From the NCBI GenBank assembly GCA_902770045.1, contig CACXRO010000008.1, positions 1,412 to 65,411 of the forward strand: a stretch of DNA of 64,000 bases, written 5' to 3'. This stretch comes from an uncultured bacterium (GTDB taxonomy: Bacteria; Verrucomicrobiota; Kiritimatiellia; RFP12; UBA1067). Within the stretch, counting starts at the first letter, position 1. Each line of letters begins with the position of its first letter. The position numbers and the translations under genes are program-made. The notes beneath the pieces were generated by a model. It saw only the letters and a list, made by a program, of their open reading frames with translations. It did no database searches and was not told the origin of the DNA. Below are positions 44,189 to 53,482 of the stretch, piece after piece.

Positions 44189-45255
44189 AGGTCGCGGTCG
44201 GGCTTTCCGGCGGCGTCGACTCGAGCGTCGCCGCGCTCATCCTGAAGGAACAGGGGCACGAGGTGGTCGGCGTCACCATGAAGCTCTGGAGCGGCGCCTA
44301 CCGCGGCGGCGAGCGGGACGCGTGCTTCGGTCCCGGCGAGGCGGAGGACATCGCCCGCGCCGAAGCGCTCACCCGTGCGCTCGGCATCGGCTATCAGGTG
44401 GTCGACTGCTCGCGCGAATACGAACGCGTCATCGTGGGGATGTTCCGCGAGACCTCGCTGCGCGGCGAAACCCCGAATCCCTGCGTCTTCTGCAACGCCG
44501 CGTTCAAGTTCGGGCTGCTGCCGCGGCTGGTGCGCGAATCCGGCGTCGCGTTCGACCGCTTCGCCACCGGACACTACGCGCGGATCGTCCAGTCCGGCGG
44601 CAGGCTCGCCGTCGCCCGCGCGGCCGACGAGAAGAAGGACCAGAGCTACTTCCTCTACCGGCTTTCGCAGCGCCAGCTCGCGGAGGCAATGTTTCCGCTC
44701 GGCGAACTGGCCAAGCCCGAGGTGCGCCGCATCGCCGCGGAACATTCCCTTTCCTCGGCGGACAAGGCGGACTCGCAGGACTTCTACTCCGGCGACCGCG
44801 CCGAGCTCGTCGGCGCCGAGCCGCGCGAGGGCGAGATCGTCGATCTTTCAGGCAGGGTCCTCGGCCACCACCGCGGCTACTGGAACTTCACCGTCGGCCA
44901 GCGCAAGGGACTCGGCGCGTTCGGTCCCGAGCCGATGTACGTGGTGCGCATCGACGCGTGCCGCAACCAGGTGGTGCTCGGCCGGCGCAACGAGGCGATG
45001 ACGCGGGAGTTCCGGGTCGCGAACCTCGTGTGGCAGGCGCGCGAGCCTGGCGGAAGACCGTTCGCCGCGCGGGTGAAGATCCGCTCCACCGGCGCGCCGC
45101 TCGGTCCGGTGGAGTTCGACGGCGAGACCTGCCGCGCGCCCGGAGAGGGGCTCTTCGGCGTCGCCCCGGGCCAGTCCGCCGTGTTCTACGACGAGAGCGG
45201 CGCCATCCTCTGCGGCGGCGTGATTGAACCGCCAACCACAAACCACGAAATATGA
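44185..45255 (+). CDS. mnmA: tRNA 2-thiouridine(34) synthase
   Basis: GTG start overlapping the hydE stop (GTGA), with SD GAGAGGAGGA. PP-loop VGLSGGVDSSVAA, NPCVFCN, ATGHYAR and KDQSYFL. Confidence 0.9.
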   Translation: MKVAVGLSGGVDSSVAALILKEQGHEVVGVTMKLWSGAYRGGERDACFGPGEAEDIARAEALTRALGIGYQVVDCSREYERVIVGMFRETSLRGETPNPCVFCNAAFKFGLLPRLVRESGVAFDRFATGHYARIVQSGGRLAVARAADEKKDQSYFLYRLSQRQLAEAMFPLGELAKPEVRRIAAEHSLSSADKADSQDFYSGDRAELVGAEPREGEIVDLSGRVLGHHRGYWNFTVGQRKGLGAFGPEPMYVVRIDACRNQVVLGRRNEAMTREFRVANLVWQAREPGGRPFAARVKIRSTGAPLGPVEFDGETCRAPGEGLFGVAPGQSAVFYDESGAILCGGVIEPPTTNHEI

Positions 45256-45261
45256 TATAAT
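45253..45261 (+). promoter_or_regulatory. extended -10 promoter (TGATATAAT), leaderless configuration
   Basis: The TGA of the mnmA stop doubles as the TG motif. TATAAT-CCACCAGT-ATG gives an 8-nt spacer to the lgt ATG at 45270. Confidence 0.55.
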
Positions 45262-45269
45262 CCACCAGT

Positions 45270-46061
45270 ATGTTCCCTGACCTCATAGACCTCGGCTTCC
45301 TCCACATCCGCACCTACGGCGCGTGCATGGCGACCGGCTTCATCGTCTGCTGGTGGCTGGTGGAGCGCCTGAGCGGACGCAAGGACCTTTCCAACCTGAT
45401 GATGTACCTGATGGTCGCCGGCGTCGTCGGCTCCCGCGCCGCCTATGTAATCGAGCACTGGCAGGCCGAGTTCGCCGCGGATCCTCTCCGCGTCATCCGC
45501 GTCGACCAGGGCGGGCTTATGTTCTACGGCGGCCTCATCCTCGCGCTCGTCGTGTTCTTCGCCTGGTGCATCGTCAAGCGCGAGCGCACGCTCGCCCTCG
45601 CCGACCTGCTCGCCGTGGTGGTGCCGCTCGGCCACGCCTTCGGCCGCATCGGCTGCTTCTTCTACGGCTGCTGCTACGGGCGCGACTCCGACGCCTGGTG
45701 CGCAGTCGTCTTTCCGCCCGGCAGCCCAAGCTGGTTCGAGCACGGCCGCCGCGCAGTCGGGGTGCTGCCGACCCAGCTATTCGAGGCGGCGGCGCTCCTC
45801 GCGCTCTTCGGACTGCTCATGCTGGCGCGCTCGCGCGCCAAGCGCGGCGGCTGGGGCGCCGGCCTCGTGACCGGACTCTACCTCGTCGGCTACGCGGCGA
45901 TCCGCTTCGGCATCGAGTACCTGCGCGGCGATCCGCGCGCGGCGGTGGGCCCGCTCTCCATCTCGCAGGCGATCTCGGTCGGCATGGCCCTGCTCGGCGC
46001 CGTGATCATCGCCGTTGCCTGGATGCGCGGCCGCGCCGCCGCGGAGGGCGCCGCGCGATGA
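45270..46061 (+). CDS. lgt: prolipoprotein diacylglyceryl transferase
   Basis: IRTYGACMATGF, GGLMFYGGLI and GHAFGRIGCFFYGCCYG. Confidence 0.9.
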   Translation: MFPDLIDLGFLHIRTYGACMATGFIVCWWLVERLSGRKDLSNLMMYLMVAGVVGSRAAYVIEHWQAEFAADPLRVIRVDQGGLMFYGGLILALVVFFAWCIVKRERTLALADLLAVVVPLGHAFGRIGCFFYGCCYGRDSDAWCAVVFPPGSPSWFEHGRRAVGVLPTQLFEAAALLALFGLLMLARSRAKRGGWGAGLVTGLYLVGYAAIRFGIEYLRGDPRAAVGPLSISQAISVGMALLGAVIIAVAWMRGRAAAEGAAR

Positions 46062-47047
46062 GCGTCCGCATCATCATCGGCGACGACGACTACCTGGTCG
46101 ACGAGGCCGCGCGCAAGACGGTCGGCGACGGCGTCGGGCTCGAGCTCATCGACTCGATGACCGCCACCAACGAGGACCTCCAGCTCGCCGACCTGCGGCG
46201 CGCGGACGAGTCGTTCTCCACGCCGCCGTTCCTCGACCCGAAGAAGGTCACGTGGTGGCGCAACGTCCACTTCCTCCCCGGCGGCAAGTCGTCCGCCGCG
46301 GTCAAGGAGGCGCTCGAAAAGTTCGCGAAGAAGGTCGCCGCGCTCGCGCCAACGATGCCGCCGAACCAGCACTTCATCCTCTCCGGCCCCCACCTCCTGA
46401 AGAACTCGGCCTTCGCCAAGGCCCTCGCCGGCGTCGCCGAGCTGGTCTCCTTCGGCGGCGGCAAGCCGTGGGAGCGCCGCAGGGCCGCGGTCGCGCGCGC
46501 AGTGGAGCTTGCGGAGGAGGAGGGGCTCGCCTTCGCCGACGGCGTGGCGGAGAAGTTCGTCGCCGTCGTCGGCACCGACTCGCGCTCCATCGCCGGCGAA
46601 GTCGCGAAGATGCGCACCTACCTCGGGCCCGGCGCGAAGAAGATCGAGGCGAGGGACGTCGATGCGGTGACGAGCCCGGGAGTGAAGGACGAGCCGGAGA
46701 TCTGGGCGGTGACCGACGCAATCGGCAAGCGCGACGCCGCGGCGGCGATCGCCGCCCTCGAGCCGTTCGCGCTCATGAACGGGTTCGCCGTGTTCATGAC
46801 CGGCGTGATCGAGAAGTTCTTCCGCCAGCTGGTGGACCTGAAGCGCGGCGGGATCCCGGAGGACATGAACCCGTTCGTCGCGAAGAAGAGCGCCGCGTTC
46901 CTCGCCAACTGGTCCCTCCTCGAGCTGCGCTCCGCTCGCGCACGCTTCATCGCGCTGCGCGAGAAGGTGGTCTCCGGCACCACGGCCGGCGATGTGCTGG
47001 TCGTCACCGAACTGCTGCGCGCAGTTCGCCGGGCGCCGAGACGGTGA
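46058..47047 (+). CDS. holA: DNA polymerase III delta subunit-like
   Basis: Internal start MSVRIIIGDDDYLV (ATGA overlap with the lgt stop). 329 aa with delta-like features (PFLDPKKVTWW, the D..IW.V.DA...RD...A motif). Confidence 0.55.
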   Translation: MSVRIIIGDDDYLVDEAARKTVGDGVGLELIDSMTATNEDLQLADLRRADESFSTPPFLDPKKVTWWRNVHFLPGGKSSAAVKEALEKFAKKVAALAPTMPPNQHFILSGPHLLKNSAFAKALAGVAELVSFGGGKPWERRRAAVARAVELAEEEGLAFADGVAEKFVAVVGTDSRSIAGEVAKMRTYLGPGAKKIEARDVDAVTSPGVKDEPEIWAVTDAIGKRDAAAAIAALEPFALMNGFAVFMTGVIEKFFRQLVDLKRGGIPEDMNPFVAKKSAAFLANWSLLELRSARARFIALREKVVSGTTAGDVLVVTELLRAVRRAPRR

Positions 47048-47648
47048 CGTCGGCCGCCGCAAGCTCGTCCGGCCGCCCGTAGCCCCACTCCACCCCGACC
47101 GAAAACACCCCGTTCGCGGCCGCGGCCTCGAAGTCGCTCGCCGTGTCGCCCACCATCACCGATTCGCCCGGCGCGGCGCCAAGGCGCTGCATGACCACGG
47201 CGAGAAGCTCCGTCTTCGCGAGCTTGCGCCCCGGGAACATGTCGCCGGACCACACGCCGCCGGCGAAGACGCCGTTCCACCCGAACCTCCGCGCCATCGC
47301 GGTGGCGCCGGCGTGGCGCTTGTTAGTGACGATCGCGGCGGTGGCGCCGGCGGCGGCGACCGCGCGCACCTCGGCGAGCACGCCCGGGTACTCGAAGGTG
47401 TTGGGGAATCCGTCGTTGTCGTAGTGAAGCGCGAAGAGCCGGCGCACGTCGTCGGCGAGCGTGGGCGTGAAGCGGTCCGGGAAGAGCCGCCGCGTCATTT
47501 CGTCGATCGGCGGCCCGGCCACGAACACCTCGTCGAAGCGCGGGCAGTCGAGCCCGAGGTCGCGGAGCGCCGCCTTCCACGCCTCGCGGATGTCGCGGTC
47601 GGTGTCGGCCAGGGTGCCGTCGAGGTCGAAGAACCAGAACTTGCGCAT
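47004..47648 (-). CDS. HAD-IA family phosphatase (phosphoglycolate phosphatase-like)
   Basis: FFDLDGTLADT, TNK and MVGDTASD. Converges on holA with a 44-nt overlap. Confidence 0.75.
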   Translation of the reverse strand: MRKFWFFDLDGTLADTDRDIREAWKAALRDLGLDCPRFDEVFVAGPPIDEMTRRLFPDRFTPTLADDVRRLFALHYDNDGFPNTFEYPGVLAEVRAVAAAGATAAIVTNKRHAGATAMARRFGWNGVFAGGVWSGDMFPGRKLAKTELLAVVMQRLGAAPGESVMVGDTASDFEAAAANGVFSVGVEWGYGRPDELAAADVTVSAPGELRAAVR

Positions 47649-47658
47649 GTCCGTACTC

Positions 47659-48372
47659 CTAATGGCTGAACTCCGCCTCGCACTCCCCTATGGCCGCAAG
47701 CACCGCGTCGGCGTCAGCCGCCTCCTCGAGCCGCTTCACAAGGTCGGTGCCGTGCGCGAGCATCGCGAGCCGCGCGAGGATGTGCAGGTGGGCGGCGTGG
47801 TCGGTGGAGCCGATGAGGAAGAAGTGCCGCGTGCCGTCGCCGTCGGGCGCGCCGAAGAAGACGGGACGCTCGGCGCGGCCGTAGGCGATGAACGACTCGG
47901 AGAAAAGGTACGGGTCGTGGAAGCGCGGATGGAGGAGCGCCACGCCCTCGCCGATCGCGGTCGATGCGGCCTCTTCGCGCGCGACAAGCTCCTTGAAGAG
48001 CGCGTCGGCGTCGTTCACCTGTCCGCCGCGGTCGGCGAGGTCGGTCATGTCGCGCAGGATGCCGGCCTTCGCCTTGGCGGCTACGGCGAGGTCGATGGTC
48101 GCGGCGCTGAAGAGCCGGGCGACGCCCCAGTCGGAGATGTCGGCGCGGCGGTGCTCGTCCATCATCACGCGGTGGCGCTCGGCGAGCGTACGCTGTCCGG
48201 CGGCGAGCAGGCTGCGCTGCGCCCACTCGTCGAGGGCGCGGTGCTCGAAGTACCATTCGCCGCCGCGCTCGACCGCCTCAAGCTCGCCGCGCTGCGCGCA
48301 GTGCTTGAGTTCGTTCGCCGTCATGTGCACATGCTCGGCGGCCTGGTTTAGGTTTAGCGTTTCCCGTGACAT
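47659..48372 (-). CDS. excisionase/MerR-type HTH fused to PTS EIIA(Ntr/Fru type-2) domain
   Basis: Start MSRETLNLNQAAEHVHMTANELKHCAQRGEL (HTH). EIIA-2 domain with ASTAIGEGVALLHPRF (phospho-His context). Confidence 0.6.
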   Translation of the reverse strand: MSRETLNLNQAAEHVHMTANELKHCAQRGELEAVERGGEWYFEHRALDEWAQRSLLAAGQRTLAERHRVMMDEHRRADISDWGVARLFSAATIDLAVAAKAKAGILRDMTDLADRGGQVNDADALFKELVAREEAASTAIGEGVALLHPRFHDPYLFSESFIAYGRAERPVFFGAPDGDGTRHFFLIGSTDHAAHLHILARLAMLAHGTDLVKRLEEAADADAVLAAIGECEAEFSH

Positions 48373-48385
48373 CCTGGATGCGCGG

Positions 48386-48394
48386 ATTATACCA
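48386..48394 (-). promoter_or_regulatory. extended -10 promoter (TGGTATAAT)
   Basis: AAATTA-TGGTATAAT, 13 nt before the ATG at 48372. It overlaps the last codons of the DUF2851 gene. Confidence 0.5.
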
Positions 48395-49607
48395 TAATTT
48401 CGCCCCCAGCGGCAAAGACGGGCGGCGGATCTCCCAGCGAGCAGTCGGCGCACAAGGGATGGTGCGCAACGCAGAGCTCCCTGAAGAGGTGCAGCAGCCC
48501 CTGCACCAGCAGACCGTTGCCGGCGTAGAACGCGGCCGGGTTGTGGTCCCGGCCGAAGAGCCTGAAGGCCATTAGCCTCACCGGCTCCGAGATGTCCTCG
48601 GCCGGCAGCCAGTCCGGCGCGGCGTCGAGCCGCCCTTCCGCGACCGCGAACGGCACCACCACGTTGGCCAGCACCGCCGCCGCCCGTCCCGGGCCGATGA
48701 AGCCTCCGCCGCCACGGGACGCCGCCTCGCCGCGGCCACGCATCTCCGCCACCATCCCGCGGCAGCCACGACGCGAGAAGTCCGCCGCGTCGGCGAGCGA
48801 CATGGTGCCGGTCGAGGTGAAGACGTCCGCCGCCGCCGCCAGCCTGCGCTCGGGAGAGTTGTTCGGCCTCAGACAGCGGCGGTCCAGGTCCTCGAACGAC
48901 CCCGCGGCCAGAAGCGCGGCGCGGGCCGACGGCGGCTCGCGCGGCATCTCCGCGATCGGCACGCGCCCGGCGACGCGGCGGAACGCCTCCGCGTTGCGCG
49001 AGTACCCGAGCGCCGTCATCACCTCCTCGTAGAACACCTGCTCGCGTCCTCCGGCGCGGCTGGCGACCGCCTCGCCGAGCCGCCGCCGCACCCGCTCTGC
49101 CTTCGCCGCGAGCCGGCGGCGCCCGGCCTCGGCGAGAAGCGCCTGCGCCCGGTCCGGGTCGCCGCCAAGCGCGCGCGAGCAGGGACGCTCCTCGCCTGGA
49201 AGCCGGTCGTAGGGATATGCCGCGAGGTCGATCGCGTCAGCCGAGAACGCCGGGTTGGCGAGCGCGAAGCGCCCGAGCCAGATCGACACCGCGCCCGGCG
49301 GCAGCGAACGCGCCTCGGGACCGCACCCCCAGGTCACGTGGGCGACTACGCTGCGGTAGTTCGGGTCGGCGCCGTGCCCGTGGCGGTCCCAGTCCGCAGG
49401 GCGGATGTGCACCTCGACGTCGCCGACCACGCGGCGGCGCTCGGGTCCGAGCTCGAGCACCGCGCCGGTGAAGTCTGGCCCCGGGCCGAGGTTCCACTCG
49501 CCGGGACTCACCACCTCCACCGGAGTGCCGCGGCGGGTGGCGAGGCGCTTCGGACGCAGCGCCGCGTCGTACCACACCGCCTGGACGTGCCTCTCGGTGA
49601 TGTCCAT
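48387..49607 (-). CDS. DUF2851 family protein
   Basis: 406 aa. The N-terminus ERHVQAVWYD...G.W.LGPGPDF..A....G.....GDVEVH...DW..HGH is typical of DUF2851. Confidence 0.65.
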   Translation of the reverse strand: MDITERHVQAVWYDAALRPKRLATRRGTPVEVVSPGEWNLGPGPDFTGAVLELGPERRRVVGDVEVHIRPADWDRHGHGADPNYRSVVAHVTWGCGPEARSLPPGAVSIWLGRFALANPAFSADAIDLAAYPYDRLPGEERPCSRALGGDPDRAQALLAEAGRRRLAAKAERVRRRLGEAVASRAGGREQVFYEEVMTALGYSRNAEAFRRVAGRVPIAEMPREPPSARAALLAAGSFEDLDRRCLRPNNSPERRLAAAADVFTSTGTMSLADAADFSRRGCRGMVAEMRGRGEAASRGGGGFIGPGRAAAVLANVVVPFAVAEGRLDAAPDWLPAEDISEPVRLMAFRLFGRDHNPAAFYAGNGLLVQGLLHLFRELCVAHHPLCADCSLGDPPPVFAAGGEIMV

Positions 49608-49617
49608 CGCCGCCTCC

Positions 49618-50631
<1,014 letters not shown>

Positions 50632-50649
50632 TCTTGTTCTCCTTTCCTT

Positions 50650-51084
50650 TTACTCCCAGCGCACGAAGCGGCCGCGGCGGGCGAAAAGATCCACCTTGCG
50701 GATGTGGTCGATCACCGGCCTGCCGCCCTCCGGCACGCCGTAGATCTCGATGACGTCGAAGCGGTAGCCGCCGCGCCAGCGGTTCGCCCGCCGCCAGGCG
50801 TTGCAGGCCCGGCGCAGGTTGACGCGCTTGCGGCGGTCGACGCTGCGGAGCCGGCGCGCGTAGGGCGAGAGCGTCGCGTGCTGCTTCACCTCGACGAACA
50901 CCATGGTGTCGGTCGAGCGCTCCCAGGCGACGATGTCGATCTCGAGCCGCCGGTCGCGCGCCGACGGGCGCGAGTTGCGGTCGACGATCACGAATCCGCC
51001 GCGGCGGAGGAATTCCGCCGCGACGTCCTCGCCCCAGCAGCCGTGTGCCGCCGAGACGCTCGCCTCCTCACGCGGCCGCGGCAT
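50650..51084 (-). CDS. yraN: YraN family (UPF0102) endonuclease-like protein
   Basis: GEDVAAEFLRRGGFVIVDRN....EIDIVAWE..TMVFVEVK...RFDVIEI. Overlaps the upstream gene by 17 nt. Confidence 0.75.
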   Translation of the reverse strand: MPRPREEASVSAAHGCWGEDVAAEFLRRGGFVIVDRNSRPSARDRRLEIDIVAWERSTDTMVFVEVKQHATLSPYARRLRSVDRRKRVNLRRACNAWRRANRWRGGYRFDVIEIYGVPEGGRPVIDHIRKVDLFARRGRFVRWE

Positions 51085-51664
51085 CGACGGCCTCCTTTCC
51101 GCGCCTTGCCGCGGCGGACTCGGCCCGCTCCGCCGACGCCGTCTGCGCCATCGGGATGCCGAAGCAGATTACCGTCATCGAACCGCACACCGCCTCGGTC
51201 AGCCCGAGCGCCTCGGCCGGCGAGAAGAAGAACCGCGAGGACGTCTCCTGTCCGCCCGGCAGGGTGCGGTAGAGGTCGAGCGAATAGCCGACGATGGGCT
51301 CGACGAGGTGGCGGAGCGTGATGCGCGTCTGGCCGCAGCCGGCGCGGTGGAAGAGCCCCTGTCCGTCGCCGATCGACTCGCATTCGCCGCGGAAGACCTG
51401 CAGCATCTGGCAAAGGTCGGTGAAGCCGAGCTTGACGACGATCTTGTTCTCCCAGTCGAAGCGGGCGTACGTCGGCGTCGGCGCGCGGCGGTCGCCGACC
51501 GCGCTCTGTCCGGCGATGGTGAGCATGATGCACCCCTCCGAGTCGTCCGTCGCCGGCAGCAGCTCGAGCCTGACGGCGCTGCCGGTGCCGCGGGCGTTGG
51601 GGTGGTAGAGCGCGAGCTTCGGACGGTACGCGCGGCTCTCGGTCTGGTTTCCTGTTGTGTTCAT
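51068..51664 (-). CDS. hypothetical protein with Whirly-like (ssDNA-binding) sequence pattern
   Basis: 198 aa. By eye it aligns with plant Whirly: YRPKLAL (YKGKAAL), ARFDWENKIVVKLGFTDLCQML (RQYDWSRKQVFSLSVTEIGSII), GLFH (EFFHDP) and FFFSPAEALGL (IYIPVTKAEFAVL). Confidence 0.4.
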   Translation of the reverse strand: MNTTGNQTESRAYRPKLALYHPNARGTGSAVRLELLPATDDSEGCIMLTIAGQSAVGDRRAPTPTYARFDWENKIVVKLGFTDLCQMLQVFRGECESIGDGQGLFHRAGCGQTRITLRHLVEPIVGYSLDLYRTLPGGQETSSRFFFSPAEALGLTEAVCGSMTVICFGIPMAQTASAERAESAAARRGKEAVDAAAA

Positions 51665-51730
51665 CCTGTATTTCCTTTCCTTTGGTGTTGTTGTCCTTTC
51701 GTTCCGGCGCGGCGGACCTCGCCGCCCCGG

Positions 51731-53278
51731 TCAGATCCAGTAGGAGTTCTCCGCGCCGTCGAGGTGGCGCATCCTGAGCGCGGCGTTGATGTGCTCCTCG
51801 CCGACCGCCTCCTCGCCGTCGAGGTCGGCGCAGGTGCGCGCGACCCTGAGCACCTTGTCGTAGGCGCGGGCGGAGAGCCCAAGCCGTTCGATCGCCCTGA
51901 CGAGCCGGTCGCGGTCGGCGGAGGAGAGCCGGCAGACGTCGGCGAGGTCGCGGCTCTTCGCCTCCGCGTTCGTGTACACGCCGGCGACGCCGCGGTACCG
52001 GGCCGCCTGCACCGCGCGCGCCGCCACCACCCGCGCGCGCACCGCCGCGCTCGATTCGCCGCGGCCCAGGGTCGGCAGTCGCGCGGCGTCCACCGGCGGC
52101 ACCTCGATCTGGATGTCGATGCGGTCCAGGAGCGGACCCGACACGCGGCTCTGATACTTGATGATGGCCGACTGGCTGCAGCGGCAATGGCGGCGCGGGT
52201 CGTTGAAGTAGCCGCAGGGACACGGGTTCATCGCCGCGACGAGCATGAACTTGGACGGGAAGTCGTGCGCGGCGGCGGCGCGGGAGACGCCGACGTGGCC
52301 GTCCTCGAGCGGCTGGCGGAGCACCTCGAGCGCCGAGCGCGGAAACTCGGCGAACTCGTCGAGGAAAAGGACGCCGCGGTGCGCGAGCGACACCTCGCCC
52401 GGCACCGGCTTCGCGCCGCCGCCCAGGAGGCCAATCGAGCTCACGGTGTGGTGCGGCGCGCGGAACGGGCGCGAAGTGACGAAGGTGCCGGCGCACTTCT
52501 CGCGCCCGGCCACGGAGTGGACGCGCGACACCTCCAGCGCCTCCTCCACCGTGAGCGGCGGCAGGATGGACGGAATCCGCCGCGCGAGCATGGTCTTGCC
52601 CGAGCCCGGCGAGCCGATCATCAGGATGTTGTGTCCGCCGGCGACGGCCACCTCGATCGCGCTCTTCGCGTCCTGCTGGCCCTTCACGTCCGCGAAGTCG
52701 TCGCCCGCGTCGCTGTTCTCGCGGATGAGACGGGAGAGGTCGTTGCGGCGCGGCTCGATGGCGCGCTCGCCGTTCAGGTACTGCACCGTTTCCTGGAGCG
52801 TCCGCACCGGGATGATGTCGATCCCCTCCACCACGCTCGCCTCGTCGGCGTTCTCCTCGGGCACCAGCATCGCGCGTCGGCCGATGCGCTTCATCTCGAG
52901 CGCCATCGGCAGCACCCCCTTCACCCGACGGATCTCGCCCGAGAGCGCGAGCTCGCCGGCGAAGGCATAGTCGTCGAGGCTCTCGCTGAACACCTTGCCC
53001 GTCGCCTTCAGGAGCCCGACCGCGATCGGCAGGTCGTAGACCGGCCCCTCCTTCTTAACGTCCGCAGGCGCGAGGTTGACCGTAACGTCCAGCTCTTTGC
53101 GGGACGAGAGGCCCTGGCTCTTGAGCGCGGTGGGGATGCGGTCCTTCGCCTCCTTCACCGCCTGGTCCGGGAGGCCCACGATCGCGAACTGCGAGTTCCC
53201 CAGGGTGGAGAACACCTCGATCTCCACCGTCCGCGCCTCCACGCCGCTCACCGCGGCCGAATAGCATTTTGCCAGCAT
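51731..53278 (-). CDS. comM: Mg-chelatase-like AAA+ protein ComM/YifB
   Basis: N-terminal Lon-protease-like domain (DLPIAVGLL), Walker A GSPGSGKT, Walker B VLFLDEF and a C-terminal ChlI-type domain. Confidence 0.9.
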   Translation of the reverse strand: MLAKCYSAAVSGVEARTVEIEVFSTLGNSQFAIVGLPDQAVKEAKDRIPTALKSQGLSSRKELDVTVNLAPADVKKEGPVYDLPIAVGLLKATGKVFSESLDDYAFAGELALSGEIRRVKGVLPMALEMKRIGRRAMLVPEENADEASVVEGIDIIPVRTLQETVQYLNGERAIEPRRNDLSRLIRENSDAGDDFADVKGQQDAKSAIEVAVAGGHNILMIGSPGSGKTMLARRIPSILPPLTVEEALEVSRVHSVAGREKCAGTFVTSRPFRAPHHTVSSIGLLGGGAKPVPGEVSLAHRGVLFLDEFAEFPRSALEVLRQPLEDGHVGVSRAAAAHDFPSKFMLVAAMNPCPCGYFNDPRRHCRCSQSAIIKYQSRVSGPLLDRIDIQIEVPPVDAARLPTLGRGESSAAVRARVVAARAVQAARYRGVAGVYTNAEAKSRDLADVCRLSSADRDRLVRAIERLGLSARAYDKVLRVARTCADLDGEEAVGEEHINAALRMRHLDGAENSYWI

Positions 53279-53323
53279 CTTTCTACGTTCCTTTCCGCCC
53301 TCCAGTCCGGGAGGACGGTGCGT

Positions 53324-53332
53324 AGAATAGCA
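53324..53332 (-). promoter_or_regulatory. extended -10-like promoter (TGCTATTCT) for comM
   Basis: GGCG-TTT-TGCTATTCT, leaving a leader of about 40 nt with SD GGAAAGGAACG. Confidence 0.35.
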
Positions 53333-53346
53333 AAACGCCGGAAATC

Positions 53347-53414
53347 GAACCTTAATGGAACCTTAATTGAATCTAAAGACGAATTTAGATTCGCTTAAGG
53401 TTCCATTAAGGTTC
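53347..53414. promoter_or_regulatory. 68-nt nested palindrome: (GAACCTTAA)x2 ... GAATCTAAA-GACGAA-TTTAGATTC ... (TTAAGGTTC)x2
   Basis: The 20-bp outer arms are exact reverse complements, and so are the 9-bp inner arms. The palindrome lies exactly 14 nt from each of two divergent extended -10 elements. Confidence 0.7.
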
Positions 53415-53428
53415 AGCGTCGGGAAATC

Positions 53429-53437
53429 TGGTATACT
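53429..53437 (+). promoter_or_regulatory. extended -10 promoter (TGGTATACT) reading into repeat copy 2
   Basis: AAATC-TGGTATACT. No plus-strand ORF lies downstream; the element starts 45 nt later. Confidence 0.45.
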
Positions 53438-53482
53438 AATTGAATTTTGGCTTTTTTAAGTTTCGTGTGTGCTCTAGCAACG

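Noticed and set aside
50903-53398. 831-aa plus-strand ORF opposite yraN, the Whirly-like gene and comM; also 60114..62015 and 62169..63653 (+) opposite P4
   Set aside because: They are antisense to genes with strong motifs (ComM Walker boxes, beta-helix repeats) and have high-GC antisense composition.
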